A DNA stretch of 63,797 nucleotides, filler included, from Octopus bimaculoides (taxonomy: Eukaryota), in assembly GCF_001194135.2 (NCBI RefSeq). It is 9 parts of 8 records of this genome, joined end to end, with 100 filler letters (N's around TTAATTAATTAA, not from the genome) between each part and the next. Parts side by side here need not be neighbours in the genome. Positions count along the whole stretch, not along the records: positions 1 to 28,170 come from NC_068986.1; 8 more parts are not named here. The stretch is one strand, 5' to 3'. The notes below the pieces were generated by a model. The model ran no database searches, was not told where the DNA came from, and saw only the letters and a program-made list of their open reading frames with translations. The translations under genes were made by a program, and so were the position numbers. This document shows, in pieces, positions 1-11,352 of the stretch (positions are counted from its first letter, which is position 1; each line of letters starts with the position of its first letter).

Positions 1-908
1 CCCTTCTGCACACATACACCCCCCCACCTCATTGCCCTTCGTTCTCCTTATTTTGATTACCATTATGCTATATCCGACTGTCTCCCCCCTTCAACCCCCC
101 TCTAACACATTCTATGAAGCACATTATTCTCCGTTCTACCACCCAACACCACCCCGGCCCATTTCACACACCCTCTCCCTTCATTTGCTCGAAAATATCA
201 AATTCTACTTTTCGGCGTTGTGGCTGTTTCAACATGGACCCTCCCCCTAATCAGAACCATTCTTCACCTACCTTAAACGCTACTTTGATCTCTCTCTATT
301 AATATATATATATATATATATAAGAACCAAGAATTTTTATGCTCCAATGAATCTCATTCACAAATATTTATGCCAGTTCTGTTACCATTCTTCCAACACA
401 CTTTCACACTGCATTGCAAAGACGAACTTATTAAACTTATCTCCCTTTGCTTATCACAAAAGGGCTATACTCTACATAACGGGTAACTCTGGAAATATAG
501 TTGTGCCACTATGGGTAAATATGGCTGACAATAGAATTATTTCGCTTTTGCATCTGGTTAGCAAGATTCTTTATGTGAACTCGTGTGCTGAAGCAAATAA
601 TGTTGTGTTTGGGGAGAGGCGTATTGTCTTAATGCCTTATTATTTAACACATTCACCGGTTCGATTTCCACTCATTTATTATTTGTATTTTTGCTCCCAA
701 CATTTTCGTTGTCTTTTGCAACTTTGTCAATGATTATAATTGAAATATGGTTTACAATACAATAATTATAATTGAACTCTTACTAGCAAATTTCTTGCTT
801 CTTATATAAAATGGTGGAATGGGAATTGATTTTTCAAACGAAAAATATTTGTTACTTTACTCATTGTCTGCCATCAAGCCTACTATGAGAACACATCATC
901 CATCTATT

Positions 909-1058
909 CTTATTCTTTGTAAGCCTAATACTTATTCTATTGGTCTCTTTTGCCGAACCGCTATAATAGGGGACGTAAACACACCAGCATCGGCTGTCAA
1001 GCAATGATGGGGGACAAACACAGACACAAATAACAAATACACACATACATGTGTATAT
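909..1058 (-). mobile_element. SINE family A (tRNA-CORE type with internal microsatellite), 3' half
   Basis: Matches the reverse complement of the 3' half of copies at 21460 and 59552 (ttgccgaaccgct..ggggacgtaaacacaccagcatcgg.tgtcaagc); runs into a gap. Confidence 0.85.
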
Positions 1059-1517
1059 NNNNNNNNNNNNNNNNNNNNNNNNNNNNNNNNNNNNNNNNNN
1101 NNNNNNNNNNNNNNNNNNNNNNNNNNNNNNNNNNNNNNNNNNNNNNNNNNNNNNNNNNNNNNNNNNNNNNNNNNNNNNNNNNNNNNNNNNNNNNNNNNNN
1201 NNNNNNNNNNNNNNNNNNNNNNNNNNNNNNNNNNNNNNNNNNNNNNNNNNNNNNNNNNNNNNNNNNNNNNNNNNNNNNNNNNNNNNNNNNNNNNNNNNNN
1301 NNNNNNNNNNNNNNNNNNNNNNNNNNNNNNNNNNNNNNNNNNNNNNNNNNNNNNNNNNNNNNNNNNNNNNNNNNNNNNNNNNNNNNNNNNNNNNNNNNNN
1401 NNNNNNNNNNNNNNNNNNNNNNNNNNNNNNNNNNNNNNNNNNNNNNNNNNNNNNNNNNNNNNNNNNNNNNNNNNNNNNNNNNNNNNNNNNNNNNNNNNNN
1501 NNNNNNNCCATAATTTT

Positions 1518-1850
1518 AACAACTGTTGCTCCGTCAGTTACGACGACGAGAATTCCAATTGATCTGATCACCGGAAATAGCCTGCTCGTGAAATTAACGT
1601 GCAAGTGGTTGAGCACTCTATAGACACACCTACCCTTAAAGCAGTTCTAAGGGAGATTCAACGTGACACAGTGTGACAAGGCTGGCATTTGGAATTACAG
1701 GTAAAAGTAATTTTTTTTTTTTTGAGAGCTATGTGGACTGGGGCAACGTGAAATAAAGCGTTTTGCTCAAGGACACAACGTCCAACCAGAAATCGAACAC
1801 ACGACCTTACGATCTTGAGCCTATTGCCCTAACCAATATGCCATACACCT
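1518..1850 (-). mobile_element. SINE family D (tRNA head + CORE-like + tail shared with family C), near full length
   Basis: Reverse complement has a B box (gtgttcgatttc), ttgtgtccttgagcaaaacgctttatttcacgttgccccagtcc, and the tail cacttgcacgttaatttcacgagcaggct..tcgtcgtcgtaactgacggagcaac also seen at 5560-5650. Confidence 0.85.
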
Positions 1851-2149
1851 ACAAATACACACAAACATACACACACAAACACACTCACAAACACCGCTCA
1901 CACTTTTAATCCAAATACAACCATTTTTTCTCGAATAAGTTACGGGCCGTAACCAGACAAGCATCGGTTGTCAAACACGATACCATGTACGCGCGCGCGC
2001 ACACATTCACATACACACACATTCACACACACACGTCATTGGTCAATACAAATCTATTGAAAATAACTTCACCAATGTTTCACACGCAGTGGAAATGAAG
2101 GCAAAACCATGAAGACATGAAGCAAGCTTCTTAAATCTAGACGGGCCTG

Positions 2150-2715
2150 CGTATATATGTATGTACGTATGTGTATGTAGGTATGTATATGTATGTATGT
2201 ATGAATGTATGTATGTATCTATGTATGTATGTATGTATGTGTATGTATGTATATGTATGTATGTATATATATATGATTGTATATGTATGTTTATTTATGG
2301 GTATGTATGTAAATGTATGTATGTAAATGTATGTATGTATATGTATGTATATGTATGTATGTATGAATGTATGTATGTATGTATGTATGTATGTGTATGT
2401 ATGTATATGTATGTATGCATGTATGTATATATATGATTGTATATGTATGTTTATGTATGGGTGTGTATGTAAATGTATGTATGTATATGTATCTTTGTGT
2501 ATGTATGTGTGTATATGTATGTATGTGTATGTAAGTGCTGTATGTATGTATGTGTATGGATATGTATGTATGTGTGTATGTATGTATGTATGTGTATGTA
2601 TGTATATGTATGCATGTGTATGTATGTATATTATGTATGTATGTATATATGTTTGTATGTGTATGTATGTATGTGTATTATGTATAAATTACATGTACGT
2701 ATGTATATGTACATA
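2150..2715. repeat. Degenerate (TGTA)n/(TA)n microsatellite array
   Basis: Direct reading. Confidence 0.95.
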
Positions 2716-2797
2716 CATCCAAACATATATATATATAGTGGAAATAAACAAACCAACACCGATTCTCAAGCAGTGTGGGCAGATGCGCAAACAGAAA

Positions 2798-2841
<44 letters not shown>

Positions 2842-3443
2842 TACTCACATATATATATATACGTATATATGCATGTAGTTAAGTGTGTATATGTCTATGT
2901 ATGTGTACGTGTGTATGTGTTTGTGTGTGCGTGAGTGTGTGTGTGTGTGTGTGTTACTAATTTTCAAAACAGATCCCCTCTGAAAATAATGTCATATATA
3001 CACGACCAATTTATATATACACAAATCTATATACATGTCATTTCTGTGTGTATGCATGCACAAGATTTTCGGAAGTGTTTCCACCCATGCGAACGTGTGC
3101 GAATGTGAACGTGTGCGTATATGCGTACGTGGGAGTATGCATACGCATGCGAGTATACATAGTTTGTGCGCGTGCGCGTGCGCGCGTGTGTGTGTGTGCA
3201 TGCGCGCGCGTGTACATGCGTGTGTACATTTCTATTAGTATTTGATAGCGTTCATTTGTGTCGCTAAGTATGTTTGTTTTAAACGTTATAGCAGTGATGC
3301 CATTGTCGGTTTGAGCAAGATAGAAAAATAAAAGGAAGAAAATTGCTAAAGAAACAAGCCGTCCCTTTTACAGCAAGCAAGGTAATGAAGATAAAAAAAA
3401 AAAATCTTCTACTTGGAAGCAAGGGCATGAGTTATAGATAGGG

Positions 3444-3468
3444 GAGAGAGAGAGAGAGAGAAAGAGAA

Positions 3469-3503
<35 letters not shown>

Positions 3504-3770
3504 AGTGTGGGGGCTAAGATAGAAGAGATATGATGACTTAGAAGAGGGTGGATGAGTTAGAAGTGAACAAGAAATCTGATGTATTCACGTGTATGTATGT
3601 ATGTATGTATGTATGTATGTATGTATGTACGTATGTATGTACGTATGTATGTATGTAATGTATGTAATGTATGAATATGTATTTATGTATGTATGTATGC
3701 ATATATATATATATATATATGTAATGTATGTAAATATATATATATATATACGTATGAATGTATTTGTGTT

Positions 3771-3825
<55 letters not shown>

Positions 3826-4144
3826 GTATATATATATATATGTATGTGTATGTATGTATGTATACAACTGAATGCGTCTGTTTGAGGTGCTTATCTACAA
3901 GCGCGTGCGTTTGTGCGCGTGTGTGTATGACTTTTCATAAATATATAGTTATTTATGCGTATACACCTACACAATCACATATATTCATATATCCATATGC
4001 ATATACGCACACGCGCGCTCAGGCAAAGGTTTACGTATACACATATATCTATGTATGTGCGCGTGTGTGCGTGCATGTGAATTTGTGTATCTGTGTAGTT
4101 GTGTGTGTAATCGTGTGTGTGACTGTGTGAGTGTAATTCTGTGT

Positions 4145-4209
<65 letters not shown>

Positions 4210-4210
4210 T
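3444..4210. repeat. Cluster of (GA)n, (TGTA)n, (TA)n and (TG)n microsatellites
   Basis: Direct reading. Confidence 0.95.
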
Positions 4211-4849
4211 GTCTGTCTGTCTGCCTGTGTCAGTGAGTAGATTATGTGTTCGTGCGTGATAGGGAAGAAAAAAGAATTGCTGTGGTTTTATCGTAAAAAT
4301 GCTCGAGACGCCTTGTAAATTGAGACACTAATATCCCACTTCGTATGGTCCTATAAATAGAGAGACAAGAGTTTAATCTTGGTATATTTTTAGCCACATA
4401 TCCATATCCTATGGGCCAAAAACAATGGCGTCAACAACTTCCGGTCTACCGGCTGAAGTTACTCAATAAATCAACTAAGAAACCACAAAAGAAAACCGAA
4501 ATTTCGAAGAACTCATTCCATCTTTTTGGAGATAAAAATAACTTCGTTTTGATATTTTTATGTTCTAAAATGAAAAACGATAATGTTTGGTGAATCTCTT
4601 CAATTTAGTGAGTTACAAACCATTGTTTAAAAGTGGATGAACGTTTCAGCTTCCTGTAACGTAATAGCGGTATATTGAAAAATAATGATACCTGCAATAT
4701 TACCTGTAATATTGGATCTCATAGAATAAAAAATATAATCATAACATGTTAATCACTAGTTGTAAGAAAGAAAAGCTTTTTGTTTTCTTCATCAGCAAAT
4801 AACTATTAATGTTTAATAAACTCCACAATAATATAAGGCATTCATTAAG

Positions 4850-4975
4850 CTGCAAACTGGCAGAATCATTCATTAACGTGCTGGGCAAAATGCTTTGTGA
4901 CATTTCGTCTGTCTTCTTGTTCTGAGTTCGAATTCCACCGAGGTCGACTTTGCTGCTTCTGTGCCAAAATTTAAA
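4850..4975 (+). mobile_element. SINE family B, 5' part
   Basis: ctggcagaatc..gggcaaaatgct..ttctgagttcgaattccaccgaggtcgactttgc matches the well-preserved copy at 41460. Confidence 0.8.
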
Positions 4976-5173
4976 CCAATGTAAGACATACGTATACTAG
5001 GAATAGTTGGAATCGTCTCATCTCGTTCCTAAGATTATATTGGTTACATACGTTACTTGTATGCATCAACTGCCACCAGAAAACCGTACATCAGGAGTGT
5101 AACCATAACTAAAAATATTGTTACGGGACGGAACAACAGCATTTATTGGACTTACAAATAGAGGGCTGTCTAA

Positions 5174-5755
5174 TACAAATATAACACCGACTTTCCGGAC
5201 ACCGATTGTCCGGAGCCTTTTATAATTTCCTAAGTTTAATATTTGTTTAATTTAGAAATGCGTGGAGGCGCAATTGCCCAGTGGTTAGGGCAGCGGACTC
5301 ATGGTCATAGGATCGCGGTTTCGATTCCCAGACCGGGCGTTGTGAGTGTTTATTGAGCGAAAACACCTAAAGCTCCACGAGGCTCCGGCAGGGGATGGTG
5401 GCGAACCCTGCTGTACTCTTTCACCACAACTTTCTCTCACTCTTATTTCCTGTTTCTGTTGTGCCTGTAATTCAAAGGGTCAGCCTTGTCACACTGTGTC
5501 ACGCTGAATATCCCCGAGAACTATGTTAAGGGTACACGTGTCTGTGGAGTGCTCAGCCACTTGCACGTTAATTTCACGAGCAGGCTGTTCCGTTGATCGG
5601 ATCAACTGGAACCCTCAACGTCGTAAGCGACAGAGTGCCAACAACAGCAACAATTTAGAAATGTTGATCAAGGTGACTACTACTGGTTCGGAAAAATCAT
5701 TAATCCGGAATGGCTTTCGAACCAAAGATTCCGGAAAATCGATGTTGTGCTTGTA
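5174..5755. mobile_element. Tc1/pogo-like MITE (TA ends) interrupted by SINE C
   Basis: Left end tacaaatataacaccgactttccgga vs reverse complement of right end tacaagcacaacatcgattttccgga (21/26); TA at both termini. Confidence 0.7.
5261..5651 (+). mobile_element. SINE family C, full length, 12-bp TSD
   Basis: A box tgcccagtgg, B box ggtttcgattccc, (CAA)-like tail; AATTTAGAAATG at 5249-5260 and 5652-5663; second copy at 48912. Confidence 0.9.
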
Positions 5756-6024
5756 GTTACTTGATTTATATATATTTCGTCTGTTTACTACTCCAAGTTT
5801 TGATACAAACCTTTCAAATCCAATATGATCGATCTTCAGATAGATGTATGAATTATTAAGTCACAAGATATTTGCAGGCAGTAAACAACCATCGATTAAC
5901 GCATGTTTGTGTTCAAAGAGCTAGGAAGTCAAAGACAGGGGGAGGGGGAACTCCTCATCTCTAGAGTTTTCCAACTGGCTAATTGCGAGGGTTTGACGAG
6001 CGTCTTCAGCCACTTGGTGTTGCT

Positions 6025-6070
6025 ATTTCAGGCTGATGACGAGCAATGGCTCAGAAACATGTCCCTAAAT
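6025..6070 (+). ncRNA. Minimal type I hammerhead ribozyme
   Basis: attt(c)agg-CTGATGA-c-GAGC-aatg-GCTC-a-GAAAC-at-GTC-cctaaat: both conserved cores, stem I agg/cct plus attt/aaat, stem II GAGC/GCTC, palindromic stem III ACATGT; predicted cleavage after C6063. Confidence 0.8.
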
Positions 6071-6661
6071 GCACACTAGGCTGGATGGGGGTGCTTGTCT
6101 CCTCCTCGCAAACATAAGGACACAGGAAATGTGTCAGGGCCGGTGGGAAGCGGTCCAGCTTCCTAGGGCTAAATAGCAGCAGTGTGATTTCCTTATTGGA
6201 ACTTTCACACTGAGTTGACAGTATACGGCTGCTTTAATATATATATTATTTTACATATAATCAATTGGGCCATGTATCGTCTCGTGTACGTTCGTAGACA
6301 AATCTGGCTAGAGTATATCTATCGAGATTCTGTTATCTTATAACCTTGTATTCATTCTTTCTCGCGTAGCAAGTTATTTTGATTGGACATTTTATTACTC
6401 ATAGATACGTCTTGGAAGGAATACCGAAAATTCATAAGCAGATGGGTAGGCGAGATTGGCCCCCTTTATGACACGTCTTTTGCACTGTCACGTAGCATGT
6501 TATTATAAGTTCAGAAATGTGGGAGGCCTTCTATCAACATTTGGCATATGACATCATATTGCTAGGTTTCGGGTCCATTAACTGCAGGATACTCAGAAAA
6601 ATGTTTCGAGTGCTACAACAATTACCAAAAAAAAAAGGCAAAAGACAAAAATGCCTCCAAT

Positions 6662-6825
6662 AGGCGTAGATATGGGTGTGTGATAAGGAAGTTGCTTCCC
6701 AGCAATATGGTTCTGGGTTCAGTCCCACTGCGTCACAACTTGGGTAATTGTTTTTTGCTATAGCCTCGGGCCGGCCAAAAACTCGTGAGTGGATTTAGTA
6801 GACGGAAACTGAAAAGAAGCCCGCC

Positions 6826-6859
<34 letters not shown>

Positions 6860-7401
6860 GTTTTAGGGAAATAACCAATTTTCAAGAACTCATCGATGAA
6901 AATCCACTATCACATATAGAAAAATTAATAATTAAAAGCACAATAAATGAGTATAATATAAAGTAAAGTAAATATCATAAGATAAATATAATAAAAAGAT
7001 TTGAAAATTGGTTATGAAACACGTGTAATCTTTTTATTATATTTATCTTATGATATTTACTTTACTTTATATTATACTCATTTATTGTGCTTTTAATTAT
7101 TAATTTNNNNNNNNNNNNNNNNNNNNNNNNNNNNNNNNNNNNNNNNNNNNNNNNNNNNNNNNNNNNNNNNNNNNNNNNNNNNNNNNNNNNNNNNNNNNNN
7201 NNNNNNNNNNNNNNNNNNNNNNNNNNNNNNNNNNNNNNNNNNNNNNNNNNNNNNNNNNNNNNNNNNNNNNNNNNNNNNNNNNNNNNNNNNNNNNNNNNNN
7301 NNNNNNNNNNNNNNNNNNNNNNNNNNNNNNNNNNNNNNNNNNNNNNNNNNNNNNNNNNNNNNNNNNNNNNNNNNNNNNNNNNNNNNNNNNNNNNNNNNNN
7401 N

Positions 7402-7434
<33 letters not shown>

Positions 7435-7575
7435 ATATATACGTATGTGTGTCTTTGTGTCTGTGTTTATCCCATCATCACCGCTTGACAATCGCTGTTG
7501 GTGTGCTTATGTCTCCGAAACGCAGCTGTTCGAGAAACCAGACAGACTGGATAAATAGCAAGCTTGAAAAAGTAA
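6662..7575 (+). mobile_element. SINE family A split at its internal (TA)n by an insert and a gap
   Basis: 5' half 6662-6828 (ggttcagtcccactgcg..gacggaaactgaaaagaagcccg); 3' half 7440-7575 (caccgcttgacaatcgctgttggtgtg). Confidence 0.85.
6922..7106. repeat. Perfect 80-bp inverted repeat with 25-nt spacer
   Basis: 6922-7001 is the exact reverse complement of 7027-7106; the right arm ends at the gap. Confidence 0.95.
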
Positions 7576-7733
7576 GTACATTCGTTCAGGGGTACATAAA
7601 ATTCTTCAAAGTTGTGTATTAATTTCTTTTGAAATATAGTAATACATTAACTTCATTGTGTAATTAAATATGAATTTTTATTAAATGTGTATTTAAATAT
7701 GAACATTTGGAAGTATTAATAGTTACTAAGTGA

Positions 7734-7935
7734 AGCAGTGAGCTGGCAGAAACCTTCCTACACCAGGTGAAATGCTTAGCGGCATTTCGTCCATCTTAAC
7801 GATCTGAGTTTAATTTCCGCCAAGGTTAACTTTACATTTCATCCTTTCGGAGTCGATAAAATAAATACCAAGGTCGATGTAATCGAAATATTCCCTTCTC
7901 TCAAAATTGCTGGCCTTGTGTCAAAATTTGAAAGT
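7734..7935 (+). mobile_element. SINE family B
   Basis: gagctggcagaaacc..tttcatcctttcggagtcgataaaataaatacc..aaaattgctggccttgtg. Confidence 0.85.
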
Positions 7936-7949
7936 AATCTTTTTTTATC

Positions 7950-8460
7950 TTTTATCAGTACCGGTTGTCAAGCGATGGTGACGGAACAAACACACATACA
8001 TGCGCACACAAACATACGCACGCACACACGTACACACACACACATACACATATATACATGCACACATGTATATATATATATATATATATATTGTTGAAGT
8101 TTATAGAAAAACTAATAAACAAAAGACGAAGACAGGTATATGAACAACAAGGAGGTGTATTAGTTTGCCGCTCGTGAAAAATGAAAGTGTTTTACGTTTC
8201 AAGCCTACGCCCTTCAACAGAAAGGAATAAGAAAAAATAAACAAAGAGAGAATGAAAAATACTTTTATCATTCAGCGGTCCATCATGGCGAATGTATGTA
8301 TGTATGTATGTATGTACGTATATACGTCGGGTTTCTTTCAGTTTTCGTCTAGCAAATCCACTCACAAGGCTTTGGTCAGCCCAAGGATATAGGAGATGAC
8401 ACTTGCCCAAGGTGCCACGCGGTGGGAGTGAACCCGGAACGATATGGTTCGGAAGCAATA
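7950..8460 (-). mobile_element. SINE family A split by an HHR-bearing insert
   Basis: 3' half 7950-8090 and 5' half 8310-8460, with non-SINE sequence at about 8092-8270 after the internal (TA)n. Confidence 0.8.
8188..8225 (-). ncRNA. Variant/degenerate minimal hammerhead motif
   Basis: Reverse complement ccttt-CTGTTGA-a-GGGC-gtag-GCTT-GAAAC-GTA-aaac; same family as 44747-44784. Confidence 0.55.
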
Positions 8461-9144
8461 GTTGTTAAATCAGATAAACCAAAAACAATGTGACAGAAAT
8501 TAATTTCTAACGTCTTTTCAAACATTGTATTTTTTCCCTTTTATTTTGTATTCGAGTATGAATAGATTAGCATGAATTCCATCCATCCATCCATCCATGC
8601 ATCCATCTATCCATACATACATACATAAATACATACATACAATCAAAGCATAATTGTGTGTAATTTTCATTATATCTTCAAGTAAACCATCAGAACTGAC
8701 AACTAGAGAAACAGACCATTTTAACACCGCGCCAAATGTGTTACTTTAAAAGCCTTTAACAGACAAGCTGTGTCTATGAACCAAATTTGAATCAGAAGAG
8801 GAACGGCCTATGAAGAACCACTTGTTTCTGGAACACAGTAGCTGTTTTTGAGGGAACTAAAACGAAAAAAATACGCATTTCAAGATTGATGTATTGTTGT
8901 AGAAAGATAGCTGTTTAAGATTGTTATTGCATATAAGGAGACCAACGGTAAATTAGATTAATCATTCCATGCTAAAAATATTTAAGATATGACCAAAAGA
9001 ATAGGTATCAGTTTTTTTAAGCACTGGATTCATTTCATTGACCAATCCAATGGTTTTCGACCATCTTTTGCCTTTTGACCCCTTTAATTCCTGTTTCACT
9101 CAGATAGACCCTTCTATCGTATTTTCATAATTAAATATTAAGAA

Positions 9145-9258
9145 TTTTTACATACCTAGTACTTATTCTATCTGGCTCTCTTGCTGAATCGCTAAGTTAT
9201 GGGGACGTAAATACACCTACATCGGTTGTCAAGCGATACATACATATATAAGCCCGTC

Positions 9259-9290
<32 letters not shown>

Positions 9291-9452
9291 GACGGGCTTT
9301 TTTCAGTTTCCATCTACCAAATCCACTCACAAGACTTTGGTCGGCCGGAGGCTATAGTAGAAGACACTTGCCCAAGGTGCCACGCAGTGGGACGGAACCC
9401 GGAATCATGTGGTTCGTAAGCAAGCTACTTACCACATAGCCACTCCTACGCC
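9145..9452 (-). mobile_element. SINE family A, near full length
   Basis: CORE-like gacacttgcccaaggtgccacgcagtggg, internal (TA)n, 3' half; an extra tail fragment lies at 9478-9551. Confidence 0.9.
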
Positions 9453-10190
9453 TATTAAGAATTTTAAAATTCTTTTATTCTTTTACTTGTTTCAGTCATT
9501 TGGCTGCGGCCATGCTGGAGTACCGCCTTTAGTCGAGCAAATCGACCTCAGNNNNNNNNNNNNNNNNNNNNNNNNNNNNNNNNNNNNNNNNNNNNNNNNN
9601 NNNNNNNNNNNNNNNNNNNNNNNNNNNNNNNNNNNNNNNNNNNNNNNNNNNNNNNNNNNNNNNNNNNNNNNNNNNNNNNNNNNNNNNNNNNNNNNNNNNN
9701 NNNNNNNNNNNNNNNNNNNNNNNNNNNNNNNNNNNNNNNNNNNNNNNNNNNNNNNNNNNNNNNNNNNNNNNNNNNNNNNNNNNNNNNNNNNNNNNNNNNN
9801 NNNNNNNNNNNNNNNNNNNNNNNNNNNNNNNNNNNNNNNNNNNNNNNNNNNNNNNNNNNNNNNNNNNNNNNNNNNNNNNNNNNNNNNNNNNNNNNNNNNN
9901 NNNNNNNNNNNTTGGAAGTAAGCTTCTTAATACACACCTACTCCTGCGCCTATATAAAAAAAATTGTATAAAAATTGTTAAAACATTTTGTTTATTGTGG
10001 AACTATAACCATTTTATTGCAGATAAATCTTAACAACAAAAGCTTATGTGGACCCCACCCCGCGAAGGGTCTTGTGGACTCCGGTTGAGAACCACAGAAG
10101 TAGACCCTTCGAAGTGGTGCTCCAGCATGGTCGCTGTCCAACGACTGAAATGAACAAATGGATATGCTCTTCCAGCAATGTAGTTATTCA

Positions 10191-10236
<46 letters not shown>

Positions 10237-10536
10237 ACACACATGCACGCATACATACACACACGCACGAACAAGCACACATATACGCTGGGCTAGGGGT
10301 GGAAGAGATTTCAGTCCAGGACGAATATAATACCTAAAATCGATCTCCGTAATATATTGATTTGCAGGCGAACGCATCATCGATTATGCCACACTCAGAT
10401 TACATTTCATTCTCATCAATCAGTTATAAATATCTAACTGGGTATAAATGTCATCTCGGTGCGTAGAAACCTGTCTCGTCAGTTAATGTTCGATGTTTAC
10501 GTATGTGCATATGTGTGTGTGTGTGTGTGTGTGTAT

Positions 10537-10575
<39 letters not shown>

Positions 10576-11214
10576 NNNNNNNNNNNNNNNNNNNNNNNNN
10601 NNNNNNNNNNNNNNNNNNNNNNNNNNNNNNNNNNNNNNNNNNNNNNNNNNNNNNNNNNNNNNNNNNNNNNNNNNNNNNNNNNNNNNNNNNNNNNNNNNNN
10701 NNNNNNNNNNNNNNNNNNNNNNNNNNNNNNNNNNNNNNNNNNNNNNNNNNNNNNNNNNNNNNNNNNNNNNNNNNNNNNNNNNNNNNNNNNNNNNNNNNNN
10801 NNNNNNNNNNNNNNNNNNNNNNNNNNNNNNNNNNNNNNNNNNNNNNNNNNNNNNNNNNNNNNNNNNNNNNNNNNNNNNNNNNNNNNNNNNNNNNNNNNNN
10901 NNNNNNNNNNNNNNNNNNNNNNNNNNNNNNNNNNNNNNNNNNNNNNNNNNNNNNNNNNNNNNNNNNNNNNNNNNNNNNNNNNNNNNNNNNNNNNNNNNNN
11001 NNNNNNNNNNNNNNNNNNNNNNNNNNNNNNNNNNNNNNNNNNNNNNNNNNNNNNNNNNNNNNNNNNNNNNNNNNNNNNNNNNNNNNNNNNNNNNNNNNNN
11101 NNNNNNNNNNNNNNNNNNNNNNNNNNNNNNNNNNNNNNNNNNNNNNNNNNNNNNNNNNNNNNNNNNNNNNNNNNNNNNNNNNNNNNNNNNNNNNNNNTAT
11201 ATATATATATATAT

Positions 11215-11352
11215 CCATTTACAGCTGACTGGACTGGAGCAACATGAAATGAAGTGTTTTGCGCAAGAACGCAATGTGCGGCCGGTCTGAGAATCGAACC
11301 CACGATTTCATGATCGTATGTGCAACACGCCTAGCAACTAGACTGCATGCTT
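11215..11352 (-). mobile_element. SINE family D, head + CORE
   Basis: Reverse complement: gtgggttcgattctcagaccggccgcacattgcgttcttgcgcaaaacacttcatttcatgttgctccagtcc. Confidence 0.75.

Noticed and set aside
347-733. 128-aa stop-free ORF
   Set aside because: No recognisable domain or motif on either strand; compatible with chance in AT-rich DNA
3360-3390. Possible 8-nt microexon (ccttttacag|caagcaag|gtaatg)
   Set aside because: Not frame-preserving, and such short matches arise by chance; no supporting exons
4393-4593. Acceptor-like tttttag followed by short open frames (MASTTSGLPAEVTQ; MGQKQWRQ..)
   Set aside because: No homology recognised; cannot be distinguished from chance
5261-5340. tRNA genes at SINE heads (also 21195, 41460, 48912)
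   Set aside because: A/B boxes are present but no complete cloverleaf or Pol III terminator, and each continues into SINE body
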